A DNA stretch of 64,000 bases from Planctomycetota bacterium (GTDB lineage: Bacteria; Planctomycetota; PLA2; JAEUHO01), in NCBI GenBank assembly GCA_028281445.1, contig JANQJW010000007.1:92694-156693 (forward strand), in the 5' to 3' direction. This document shows positions 8,527 to 17,601 of the stretch, one piece after another (the stretch's first letter is position 1; every line of letters begins with the position of its first letter). Under the pieces are notes generated by a model. It was not told the origin of the DNA. It worked only from the letters and a program-made list of their open reading frames with translations, and searched no databases. A program made the translations under genes and the position numbers.

Positions 8527-10956
8527 ATGCCCGAGCCTGCCCCGCTGACCACCGAGATCCTGCGCTGGCGCTGCGATCCGGCTGCCTTCGCCTTCGAGAC
8601 CACCGACGAGGTCGAGCCCGAGAAGACGGTCATCGGCCAGGACGAAGCCGTCGAAGCGCTTCGCTTCGGACTCGAGACCAACGCCGCCGGCCAGAACGTC
8701 TTCGTGCGCGGGCTCACGGGCACCGGTCGATCGACCCTCGTTCGTGAAGTCCTCCAGACCATCCGGCCCAGCTGCGATCTGCCGTCGGACCGCTGCTACG
8801 TGTTCAACTTCGCGCAGCCCGACCGCCCGCGCCTCATCACCCTGGGGCGCGGCGAAGGCGGTCCTTTCCGTCGTCGCATGGACGACGTCATCCGGTTCAT
8901 CAAGGAGGACTTTGCGGAGGGGCTCAACTCCGATGTCGTCAAGGCGCGCGGCGCGGAGATCGAACGCAAGATCGCCGAAGAGATGAAGGAAGCCGCGCGT
9001 CCCTTCGAGGAGGAGTTGCGCGCCGCCGATCTGACCATGGTGATGATTCAGGTTGGCCCCGTGTCGCGGCAGATCCTCGCGCCGATCGTCGACGGCAAGC
9101 CGGCGCCGCCCGAGCGCGTCGAGGCGCTCCGCGCCGAGGGCAAGCTCACGGATGCCGAGATCGACGCGTTACGCGACAAGATCGCGGGCTTCACCGAGCG
9201 CATGCAAGATGTCAGCGAGACCATCCAGAAGATCCAGATGGAACGCGCCGAGTCGCTCGGCAACCTGCTCCAGGACGAAGCCCGTGCGCTGCTCGAGGGC
9301 GCCATCGCCGGCATCCGCAAGGCGTACCCGGGCAAGGACGTGAAGCGCTTCCTCGACGACGTGGTCGATGACGTGTTGGGCAAGCGCTTGGGCGAGCTGG
9401 CCGAGAACACGGTGTTCACCGAGCGCTATCGCGTGAACGTCGTGCTCACGCATGCCAAGGACGACCCGTGCCCGTCCATTGTCGAGCACGCGCCGTCCGT
9501 TCCGTCGCTCGTCGGCGCCATCGACCGCTCCGTCGGCGGCGAAGACGGCGTCGTCGCGCCGCAGATGATGATCCGCGGCGGGTCGTTGCTCGCGAGCGAC
9601 GGCGGTTTCCTCGTCCTCGAAGGCCGCGATGTGTTGTCCGAGCCCGGCGCGTGGAAGGCGCTGATCCGCACGCTGCGGACGAACACGATCGAGCTGGTTC
9701 CGCCGGAGCTGCCCGTGCCGTGGCAGATCCCCTCGCTCAAGCCCGAGCCGATCCCCGTCAACCTCAAGGTCGTGATGCTGGGCGACGCGCGCCTCTACTA
9801 CATGCTCGACTCCCTGGATCCGGACTTTCGCGATCACTTCAAGGTGCTGTCCGACTTCGACACCACGATCCCGCGCGACAACGACGGCGTGCAGCACTAC
9901 GCGCGGGTCATCGCTCGCATCGGCAAGCGCGAAGAACTCGCGCCGTTCGGGCGCGACGCCGTCGCGATGTTGTGCGAGCACGGCGCGCGTATCGCGGCGC
10001 AGGAGAACAAGCTCACGGCGCGCTTCGGCCGCCTGGCGGACCTCGCGCGTGAAGCGGCTTACCTCGCCGGGCAGGAGAGCGTGAAGCATGTCAGTGCCGA
10101 GCATGTGCGCAACGCCGTACGTCGTACGAAGAAGCGCGCTGATCTGCCCGCGCGGCGCTACCGCGAGATGATCGCCAAGGGGGCGATTCGCGTGGAGACG
10201 TGCGACACCGCGGTGGGGCAGGTGAACGCGCTGGCGGTGATGAGCGCTGGGCCGTTGACGTACGGATTCCCCAATCGGGTAACGGCCACCATCGGCCCGG
10301 GCTCGGCCGGAGCGATCAATATCGAGCGTGAAGCCGCGCTCAGCGGCGCGATCCACACGAAGGGGTTCTACATCCTCGGCGGCTTGCTCCGCTACCTGCT
10401 CCGGACGGAACACCCGCTGGCCTTCAGCGCGTCCGTCGCCTTCGAGCAGAGCTACGGCGGCATCGACGGCGACTCGGCTTCGGGTGCCGAGATGTGCTGC
10501 CTCTTGAGTGCGCTGACCGACGTTCCGATTCGTCAGGATCTCGCGATGACCGGTGCCATCGATCAGGTCGGGCACATCCTCCCGATCGGCGCGGTCAACG
10601 AGAAGATCGAGGGCTTCTTCGATGCGTGTAGCGACGTGTGCCTCACCGGTACGCAGGGCGTGATCATCCCCAAGACGAACGTCGGTGATCTCATGCTGCG
10701 CCAGGACGTCGTCGATGCGTGTGCGGAAGGCAAGTTCCACGTCTACGCGGTCGACACGATCCATGAAGCGCTGACGCTCTTCAGCGGACGCGAAGCGGGA
10801 CAGCGCGGTGATGACGGCGAGTATCCCGCGGACTCGTTGCTGGGCATCGCCGTCCAGAAGGCCCTCGAGTACTGGAAGAAGGCCATCGCCAAGGGCGTCT
10901 CATCCAGTGCCGAGGAGGAGGATGACGAGGACGCGCCGCGCGCCGGATTCCAGTAG
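8527..10956 (+). CDS. Lon-like protease (LonC/YcbZ-type AAA_32 + Lon_C)
   Basis: IGQDEA, Walker-A-like GLTGTGRS, GQVNAL, FEQSYGGIDGDSAS (catalytic Ser), NEKIEGFF (Lys). Confidence 0.93.
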   Translation: MPEPAPLTTEILRWRCDPAAFAFETTDEVEPEKTVIGQDEAVEALRFGLETNAAGQNVFVRGLTGTGRSTLVREVLQTIRPSCDLPSDRCYVFNFAQPDRPRLITLGRGEGGPFRRRMDDVIRFIKEDFAEGLNSDVVKARGAEIERKIAEEMKEAARPFEEELRAADLTMVMIQVGPVSRQILAPIVDGKPAPPERVEALRAEGKLTDAEIDALRDKIAGFTERMQDVSETIQKIQMERAESLGNLLQDEARALLEGAIAGIRKAYPGKDVKRFLDDVVDDVLGKRLGELAENTVFTERYRVNVVLTHAKDDPCPSIVEHAPSVPSLVGAIDRSVGGEDGVVAPQMMIRGGSLLASDGGFLVLEGRDVLSEPGAWKALIRTLRTNTIELVPPELPVPWQIPSLKPEPIPVNLKVVMLGDARLYYMLDSLDPDFRDHFKVLSDFDTTIPRDNDGVQHYARVIARIGKREELAPFGRDAVAMLCEHGARIAAQENKLTARFGRLADLAREAAYLAGQESVKHVSAEHVRNAVRRTKKRADLPARRYREMIAKGAIRVETCDTAVGQVNALAVMSAGPLTYGFPNRVTATIGPGSAGAINIEREAALSGAIHTKGFYILGGLLRYLLRTEHPLAFSASVAFEQSYGGIDGDSASGAEMCCLLSALTDVPIRQDLAMTGAIDQVGHILPIGAVNEKIEGFFDACSDVCLTGTQGVIIPKTNVGDLMLRQDVVDACAEGKFHVYAVDTIHEALTLFSGREAGQRGDDGEYPADSLLGIAVQKALEYWKKAIAKGVSSSAEEEDDEDAPRAGFQ

Positions 10957-10974
10957 GCTGGCCGCCGAGAGGCG

Positions 10975-13900
10975 GTGGTGATGCGCGCGTGGATGGCGCT
11001 GTTGGCGGTTGCGTTCGCGGCCGGCTCTGCGTGGTGGTTCCTCTGGGACGAGCCCACGCCCGAGCCGGTGCCGGACCTTGCGGATGTCGAGACGCCCGGC
11101 GACGTCGAGGCCGCGCCGGTCCTCGAGGGGGCGGCGCGTACCGACCCGGTCGTGGAGGCCGGCGAAGGGCGGTTCTCGATCGCCGGCGTCGTGGTCGACA
11201 AGCAGGACAACCCGGTCGCCGGCGTCCCGGTCGAGCTGTGGCGAGGTAGCCTCGCGTGGCCGGGACAGGGCTACAGGGCCGTGCTCGAGACCAACGTCGT
11301 CAGCGTGCGTTCCCGCGCGACCGCATTGCGCAGTGGCCGATCGCACACGGACGTGCGCGTGGCGCAGGGCATGTCAGGCAGCGACGGGCGCTTTGCGTTC
11401 CGCGTGGATCGAGCGCAGTACCACACGGTCTACGCGCGACCCGCAGCGCCGAAGACGGGTAGCTACGTGTCCACACACCTGGCTCCCACCCTGAGCCCCT
11501 CGGTCGACGTCAAGGTCCGGGTCTACGAAGGCGTACCGCTTCGCGGGCGCGTCGTCGATGGGCAGGACAAGCCGGCTCAGGCCGAAGTCAAGGCGCTCTA
11601 CAAGAACGAGTGGAGCGGCCAGGTCGATACCGACAAGGCGACGGGGGCGTTCGCGTTGGAAGCCGTGCCCGACGGCAAGCTCCGGTTCTTCGTGACGCTG
11701 CCGGAGGGGCGGCAGTACCAGGGCTTCCATGCGTCGCCACCGTTCGACGAGGTCGTCCTGCGGCTCCCCGACGACGGCGGCTCGATCCACGGCACCGTCA
11801 CATCGCCGGATGGCGCAGCGGTCCCCGGTGCCCTCGTCTTGCTTCGTCTCCAGCTCCCGGGAGATCCCAAGCTCCGAGAACGCGTCGAGCTGGCGGCCCG
11901 GAGCGATGCGCAAGGCTGCTTTGCGTTCGAGGGCTTGCCGGCGGGGGAGGTCATCGGCACGCAAGCCCATGCCGAGGGGTTCCTGGCGCTCTCGCAGTAC
12001 GCCGGGCGCGCCGGCTTCGCGGCGATTCCTCTTGCGAAGGGGGAGACGGCGACCGTCGACATCACACTCCGACGCGGCTCGGTCGTGCACGGTCGTGTGA
12101 CGCGCAAGGACGAAGACACACCGGTCCAGGACGCGACCGTCACGCTCTACTACCTCGGCTTCCACCCGCCCCAGGAGATCACCTGCACGACGGACGCCGA
12201 TGGGCGGTATCGCTTCGAGAAGATCGGCGACGGGCGCTTCATGGTGCTCGCAGTGCATCCGCAGCACTTCATTCCGGAGATCGAGGCCGCCCGTGGGCAG
12301 CCGTTGGCGTCCGGCCGGCGCTCGCCGCCGCCGCACCTCGCGCTCGATCTGAAGACCGATAGCACGGTCGAACGGAACATCGTGCTCGTGCCGGGTGTAC
12401 GGATGAGCGGCGTCGTCCTCGGGCCCGATGAGAAGCCTGCGCCCGGCGCGCACATCTTCCTGAAGGACTACGGCTTGCGGTCCGTGAGCCACGGCTGGGG
12501 CGTCAACTTCCACGGCCAGGAGGAGGGCGTCGCGGTCAGCGGGGAAGACGGCCGCTTTGCGCTCGATGGGCTGCCGCCGCGCGTCGACTGGGTGCTCTTC
12601 GCGCGCAAGGTGGGAACGGCCGCGCTGTACACCGAGCCCATCGGGCTCGACGACGGGCCTCGGCACGACGTCGTGGTGCGCCTGGCGGCGCAGTGCATCG
12701 TGCGGGGTCGCGTACTCGACGACAATGGTGAGCCGCTTGCTGGGAAGCACGTCTACGTCACCGGATTCTCGGCACTGCGCGGCGGGTCGTGGAAATTCAC
12801 CACGCAGGCAGACGGCAGCTTCGAGCTGCACAGCCTGCCCGCGAACAAGCTGAACATCTCGACGAGCCACCAGAAGCAGCGCATCCAGAAGCAGGTCGTG
12901 CTGAAGGACGCGGGGGAGATCATCGAGGGCCTCGAGCTTCGGTTCGGCACGCTCGCCGAGATCCGTGGCGTCGTTCGTACGAGCCGCGGCGCCCCGCTTG
13001 CCAAGCTCCAGGTGATGACGACCCGCGCCGACGGGTTGTTCGAGACTCGCGAAGCCCGGACGGATGCCCAGGGGCGCTTTCGCATCACCAACGTCACGCC
13101 GGGCAAGGTCTACCTCTCGGTCGCAGTACAGAGCGGAAGGAGCCGGAAGCACGTCACCGGCGTGATCGAGGCGCCGGCGCGGAATGTCGAGATCACCTAC
13201 GACATCCCCACGCTCACGAAGCTCAAGGGGGAGGTGCTGCTGCCCGATGGCCAGCCGCTACCGCTCGGCAAGGTGCAGACGTGGTCGAACGACAACAAGG
13301 GGACACGACCTCGCGAGTTCCGCAACGGACGCTTCGACATCGAGGTCGAGGGCAAGCCGCCGTATCGCGTGACGATCTCCGAGCCGCGCGGCGCCGACGG
13401 CACTCGGTTGGACGTGCAGCGCGGCTACGCGAACGTGAGCGATCCCGCCCGAGCCGTCACGATTCGCCTCCAGGCAGGCGTCGGCATCGCGGGACGCATC
13501 GTGGGGGAGAACGGAAAGGGCATCGTTGGTGTGTCGGTCCAGAGCATGGGTTCGAGTGTCCGCACGGACATGGACGGCGAGTGGAAGCTCACGGGGCTCG
13601 TCCCCGGCAGAGTGCCCGTCGTGATCCAGCCGCCGCAGGGTTTCATCCCGCCGGGACGGATCGTGGTCGACACCGGCACGATGGACATCGTGACGACGCT
13701 CAAGAAGGGCCTCTCGATCGGCGGGCGCGCGGTCGTGCCGGAGGGCGTCAAGCTCCAGGGGGGGCAGGTGACGGCGCGCTGGACACGTCACGGCACCTTC
13801 GGCTCGGGCCAGGCGCGGGGCCGGATCATGGAGAACGGCGCATTCACGATCCTGGGCGTGCCGCCGGGCGCGACCGTGCGCCTCGAGGCGCGGCTCTGGC

Positions 13901-14739
13901 AGAGGCAGGACGTGGAAGACAAGCTCGCGCCGGTGACGGTGGAGACGGTCAAGGCGGGACGCAAGGACGTCGTGATCGAGTTCGCGCCGGGTGTCTCCGT
14001 GTCCGGCACCGTGCACAAGGCCGACGGAACGCCGCTCGCCGACGGTGGCGTGTCCTTGCAACAGGCCTTGAGCAGGAACTCAGGCTACGGCGCTACCGAC
14101 AAGGAAGGGCGCTTCGAAGTCGGTGGGCTGCGCCCGGGCACCTACATGCTGCACGTGTTCATGGGTGGCAAGCACCTAGGCGCGATGCGCGAGATCACGG
14201 TGCCCGCCACGGGTCTGCGCATCGTGTTGCCCGACAAGGGCTCGATCGCAGGCACTCTCCTCGGGATGCCATCAGGCGAGCGGTGGATCGTGAAGCCGAT
14301 CGACCCCGAGACAGGCATGCCCTTGGCCAACGTACGGGCCAACGTCTCGGCCGACGGGACGTGGACGCTCGACGCCGTCGACAAGGGCAGGAAGTGGATC
14401 GTGCTCGCGCGCTCCAGCGGCGGGAAGAGCGACCACTACGCGCGCAGTGCACCGGTCCAGGTCGGGACGACGGGCCTCGAGCTGAGGCTGGAGACGGGCG
14501 TGTCGATCACGGGGCGCGTCGTTCACGACGGCCTCGGGCTGGCCGACTGTTCCGTCCACGCCGTCGGTCCGGGGTGGTCTTCCTTCGCAGCCACGGACGG
14601 CGGTGGGGAGTTCGTCCTGCGCGGGGTTGCACCGGGACGCTACAAGCTCCACGTGCGGCACTTCACGCTCAACATCGAGGCGAAGCGGGAAGACGTCGAG
14701 GCCGGTGCGACCGGCGTCGAGATCAAGATGGGGCAGTAG
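10975..14739 (+). CDS. Large membrane-anchored carboxypeptidase-regulatory-like repeat protein
   Basis: N-terminal hydrophobic anchor followed by many 'G.V.D..G.P..G..V...TD..G.F.L.GL.PG' repeats. Confidence 0.85.
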   Translation: MVMRAWMALLAVAFAAGSAWWFLWDEPTPEPVPDLADVETPGDVEAAPVLEGAARTDPVVEAGEGRFSIAGVVVDKQDNPVAGVPVELWRGSLAWPGQGYRAVLETNVVSVRSRATALRSGRSHTDVRVAQGMSGSDGRFAFRVDRAQYHTVYARPAAPKTGSYVSTHLAPTLSPSVDVKVRVYEGVPLRGRVVDGQDKPAQAEVKALYKNEWSGQVDTDKATGAFALEAVPDGKLRFFVTLPEGRQYQGFHASPPFDEVVLRLPDDGGSIHGTVTSPDGAAVPGALVLLRLQLPGDPKLRERVELAARSDAQGCFAFEGLPAGEVIGTQAHAEGFLALSQYAGRAGFAAIPLAKGETATVDITLRRGSVVHGRVTRKDEDTPVQDATVTLYYLGFHPPQEITCTTDADGRYRFEKIGDGRFMVLAVHPQHFIPEIEAARGQPLASGRRSPPPHLALDLKTDSTVERNIVLVPGVRMSGVVLGPDEKPAPGAHIFLKDYGLRSVSHGWGVNFHGQEEGVAVSGEDGRFALDGLPPRVDWVLFARKVGTAALYTEPIGLDDGPRHDVVVRLAAQCIVRGRVLDDNGEPLAGKHVYVTGFSALRGGSWKFTTQADGSFELHSLPANKLNISTSHQKQRIQKQVVLKDAGEIIEGLELRFGTLAEIRGVVRTSRGAPLAKLQVMTTRADGLFETREARTDAQGRFRITNVTPGKVYLSVAVQSGRSRKHVTGVIEAPARNVEITYDIPTLTKLKGEVLLPDGQPLPLGKVQTWSNDNKGTRPREFRNGRFDIEVEGKPPYRVTISEPRGADGTRLDVQRGYANVSDPARAVTIRLQAGVGIAGRIVGENGKGIVGVSVQSMGSSVRTDMDGEWKLTGLVPGRVPVVIQPPQGFIPPGRIVVDTGTMDIVTTLKKGLSIGGRAVVPEGVKLQGGQVTARWTRHGTFGSGQARGRIMENGAFTILGVPPGATVRLEARLWQRQDVEDKLAPVTVETVKAGRKDVVIEFAPGVSVSGTVHKADGTPLADGGVSLQQALSRNSGYGATDKEGRFEVGGLRPGTYMLHVFMGGKHLGAMREITVPATGLRIVLPDKGSIAGTLLGMPSGERWIVKPIDPETGMPLANVRANVSADGTWTLDAVDKGRKWIVLARSSGGKSDHYARSAPVQVGTTGLELRLETGVSITGRVVHDGLGLADCSVHAVGPGWSSFAATDGGGEFVLRGVAPGRYKLHVRHFTLNIEAKREDVEAGATGVEIKMGQ

Positions 14740-14803
14740 GCCCACGGCCGCGGGCGACGCTCTGGGGCGATGGATGCGCGAAGCCGAGTATCCAGGGAGT
14801 CGC

Positions 14804-16243
14804 CTAGGGCTTGGTGATGCGGTAGATGCCTGTAAACGTGGAGACGAGCAGCGAGCCGTCGGGCTCCATGCAGATGTCCAGCGCGCGATTGTCTTCGCTG
14901 CCGTCGAACTCGGCGAACTCCGACTCGTCGTCGATGTCCACGAACGCAGCACCCGACATCTCGAAGCGCTCGATCGTGTGATCGTACGTCGCGATGAAGA
15001 GGTCGTTGTTGTACTCCGTGCCCCAGCCGACGCCGGTGTGCCAGCACATGCCGGTCGGCACGATCACGGTCTGCCAGTTGCGGATCTTCAGGCCCCGCGT
15101 CGCCGGCGGCACGTTCGCGTTCTCCCACTCGAAGTTCTTGCCTGCGGCGAGGAAGTTCAGCTCGTCGTCGGCGGCCGGTCCGTTGTCGGCGCCGAACAGG
15201 TCGCCGGTCACCGGATGGGTCGCCATGCCGAACGTGTTGCGCAAGCCGCGGCACCACTCGGGGTCGTTCGCGGTCGGGTTTCCGGCGGCCGCCGTGGCCG
15301 GCAGGGAGCTCACGTCGTAGCGCAGGACCTTGCCGGCGAGCGAGGTGCTCGTGTCGGCCTGCGCGTTCGCGGGCGTCTGGACGTCGCCGAGGCTGACGAA
15401 GAGCATGCCCAGGTCGTCGAAGAGGATCTCACCGCCGTTGTTGACACCGCCGGGCGGCGCGATCGGGAGGTCGTCCAGCACGGTCATCTCGTTCGTGGCA
15501 ACGTTGCTCGCTTCGGTCCAGCGGAAGATCTTCGACCGGTCCGACTGCTGCCCTTCGGCGGGCACGGTTGCGAGGGCATAGACGAAGCCGTTCGTCGTGA
15601 AGTCGGGGTCGAGCGCAAGGCCCAGCAGCCCGAAGTGGCCCGTCGTCAGCACGTTGACCGTGACGAACGGCGTCGCGAGCAGGTTGCCCTGCGCGTCGAT
15701 GATCCGGATGTTGCCCGTGTCGACTTCGGTGAAGAAGATCCGGCCGTCCGGGGCGCGCGCGAGCTTGCCGATCCTCAGGGCGTTGTCCTGGTAGACGACC
15801 TCGGCGTCGAAACCGTCCTCGAGGTGCAGGAACGCCGCCGGGAGGGCTGCGCCGACTGCGATGTTGATGATCGCCTGCGTCGAACCGCCCTCGTTGGTCG
15901 CAGTGATCGTGTGGTCCGTTGCCGCGCTCATGGCGGTGGGCGTCCCCGTGATCGCGCCCGTGGTCGTGTCGAAGCTCAAGCCCGCCACGAGGGCCGGGGC
16001 GATCGAGAACGAGTCGACCGGGTCTCCGCCGGCCAGCGACGCCGTGTTGGGCGTGATCGCTTTGTCCATGCGGTATTGGCCGGGATTCGCGCTGTAGGTC
16101 AGACCCGTCGGCGCGTCCACGGTGTCATCGGGCGGCGGCGGGGGGGTGCCGTTCCCCCCGCCGCTGCCGCAGGCGACTGCCACTGCCAGGTAGGAGAGCA
16201 GGCAGATCGCCTTCAGGAAGTGATTGCACCCCATGTCGCGCAT
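14804..16243 (-). CDS. PQQ-dependent sugar dehydrogenase (GSDH beta-propeller) lipoprotein with putative Ig (He_PIG) domain
   Basis: Lipobox VAVAC; Ig segment TTGAITGTPT; GLLGLALDPDF, GKVLRY, GLRNTFG, DNGP...DELN. Confidence 0.85.
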   Translation of the reverse strand: MRDMGCNHFLKAICLLSYLAVAVACGSGGGNGTPPPPPDDTVDAPTGLTYSANPGQYRMDKAITPNTASLAGGDPVDSFSIAPALVAGLSFDTTTGAITGTPTAMSAATDHTITATNEGGSTQAIINIAVGAALPAAFLHLEDGFDAEVVYQDNALRIGKLARAPDGRIFFTEVDTGNIRIIDAQGNLLATPFVTVNVLTTGHFGLLGLALDPDFTTNGFVYALATVPAEGQQSDRSKIFRWTEASNVATNEMTVLDDLPIAPPGGVNNGGEILFDDLGMLFVSLGDVQTPANAQADTSTSLAGKVLRYDVSSLPATAAAGNPTANDPEWCRGLRNTFGMATHPVTGDLFGADNGPAADDELNFLAAGKNFEWENANVPPATRGLKIRNWQTVIVPTGMCWHTGVGWGTEYNNDLFIATYDHTIERFEMSGAAFVDIDDESEFAEFDGSEDNRALDICMEPDGSLLVSTFTGIYRITKP

Positions 16244-17583
16244 CAGGCGATGAACGACAACGGGGTGTCGATGTCCTGTGGCTCCGGGAACACCGTGTTC
16301 GCCGCACCGCCGAGATGGCTACTCACCACCTCCTTGAAGATGTCGCGGTAGTCCGTGGTGTAGCCCAGCCAGCGGGTTGCCTGCGTATCCGCGAGGTCGG
16401 CCTCGGTGATCTCGTCGCCGTAGAGGCCGCCTTGCACGCCGCCGCCGATGGCGAAGAACGTGTTGCCGTGGCCGTGGTCCGTTCCGGTGGAGCCGTTCAT
16501 CTTCGTACGGCGCCCGAACTCGGTCGAGATCAGGATCACCATGTCGTTCCAGACGCCCATGGTCTCGCAGTCGTCCTTGAACGTGCCGATGGCCGAGTCG
16601 AGCCGCGAGATCAGGTTGGACTGGTTGCCGGTCGGGCCACCCTGGTTGCCGTGGGTGTCCCAGCCGCCGATGCCCGTCATCATGACCTCGGTATCGAAGC
16701 CGCCGTGGATCAACACCGCCGCGTCGCGCATGTACCGGCCGGGCGAGTTGTTCGCGTAGCCGTTGCCGACGGTTGCGTCGTTGTTGAAGTCCGCGAGCGC
16801 GGTCTGGATCTGGTCGGCCAGCGTGTAGCCCTGGTCCAGCGCGTCCTTGGCCTCCGTGGAGATCGTGTCGCCTGAGTAGGACGCGAGGACCGCCTTGGCC
16901 GCCTCGAGGCGGTGCATGTGGTCGCCGTCCGAGATGCTCGAGTCGCTGTAGTCGAAGTTCTGCAGCCTCGACGAGATCAGCGGATTGGTGGAACCACCTA
17001 CGAAGTCCAACGCGCGACCGATGCCCAGCGCGGCGGCGCCCGTGGACGTCTGCGCGTAGCTGTCGGCGTACCGCGCAATCCAGCCGCTCGGATCGACGCC
17101 GGGGATGTTCTCGAAGTCCCCGCGGACGCCCCAGCTGTGGACGTCCTGGCTGATGAAGTGGCTGAGGTTGGCGTTCGGATACCCGACCTTGCGGAAGATC
17201 GCGACCTGGCCGTCGTCCCAGAGGCCCTTCACCCGCGTGAAGCTGGGGTGCAGGCCGTAGGAGCTCTCGCCCGTCTGACCCGGGGTCAGATCGAGCGCGT
17301 CGTTCGGCTGGATGGCGATGTCGGTGTTGGGGTTGTAGTTGTTCGAGTCGACCATCCGGAGGTCGTAGTAGTTGCTGTTGTCGGTCGGAACCAGGAGGTT
17401 CAGGCCGTCGTAGCCGCCGTATCCGAAGATCGAGAGCACGCGCTTGTGGTTGGCGAGGGGAACACCCGCGGCCTCGCGGATGCCTAGTCCTAGCGGACCG
17501 AGCGCTGCGATGCCGGCACCCGCCAGCGAGTACTTCAGGATGTCTCTACGTGAGACGTTCTTGTTCAAGTGACGCTTGCACAT
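16243..17583 (-). CDS. DUF1501 domain protein, Tat-exported
   Basis: Tat motif SRRDILK; GGYDGLN, NLSHF, GGWDTHGNQ, TEFGRR, GTDHG; AGGAG RBS. Confidence 0.9.
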   Translation of the reverse strand: MCKRHLNKNVSRRDILKYSLAGAGIAALGPLGLGIREAAGVPLANHKRVLSIFGYGGYDGLNLLVPTDNSNYYDLRMVDSNNYNPNTDIAIQPNDALDLTPGQTGESSYGLHPSFTRVKGLWDDGQVAIFRKVGYPNANLSHFISQDVHSWGVRGDFENIPGVDPSGWIARYADSYAQTSTGAAALGIGRALDFVGGSTNPLISSRLQNFDYSDSSISDGDHMHRLEAAKAVLASYSGDTISTEAKDALDQGYTLADQIQTALADFNNDATVGNGYANNSPGRYMRDAAVLIHGGFDTEVMMTGIGGWDTHGNQGGPTGNQSNLISRLDSAIGTFKDDCETMGVWNDMVILISTEFGRRTKMNGSTGTDHGHGNTFFAIGGGVQGGLYGDEITEADLADTQATRWLGYTTDYRDIFKEVVSSHLGGAANTVFPEPQDIDTPLSFIA

Positions 17584-17601
17584 AGTTTTTCTCCTTTCCT
17601 G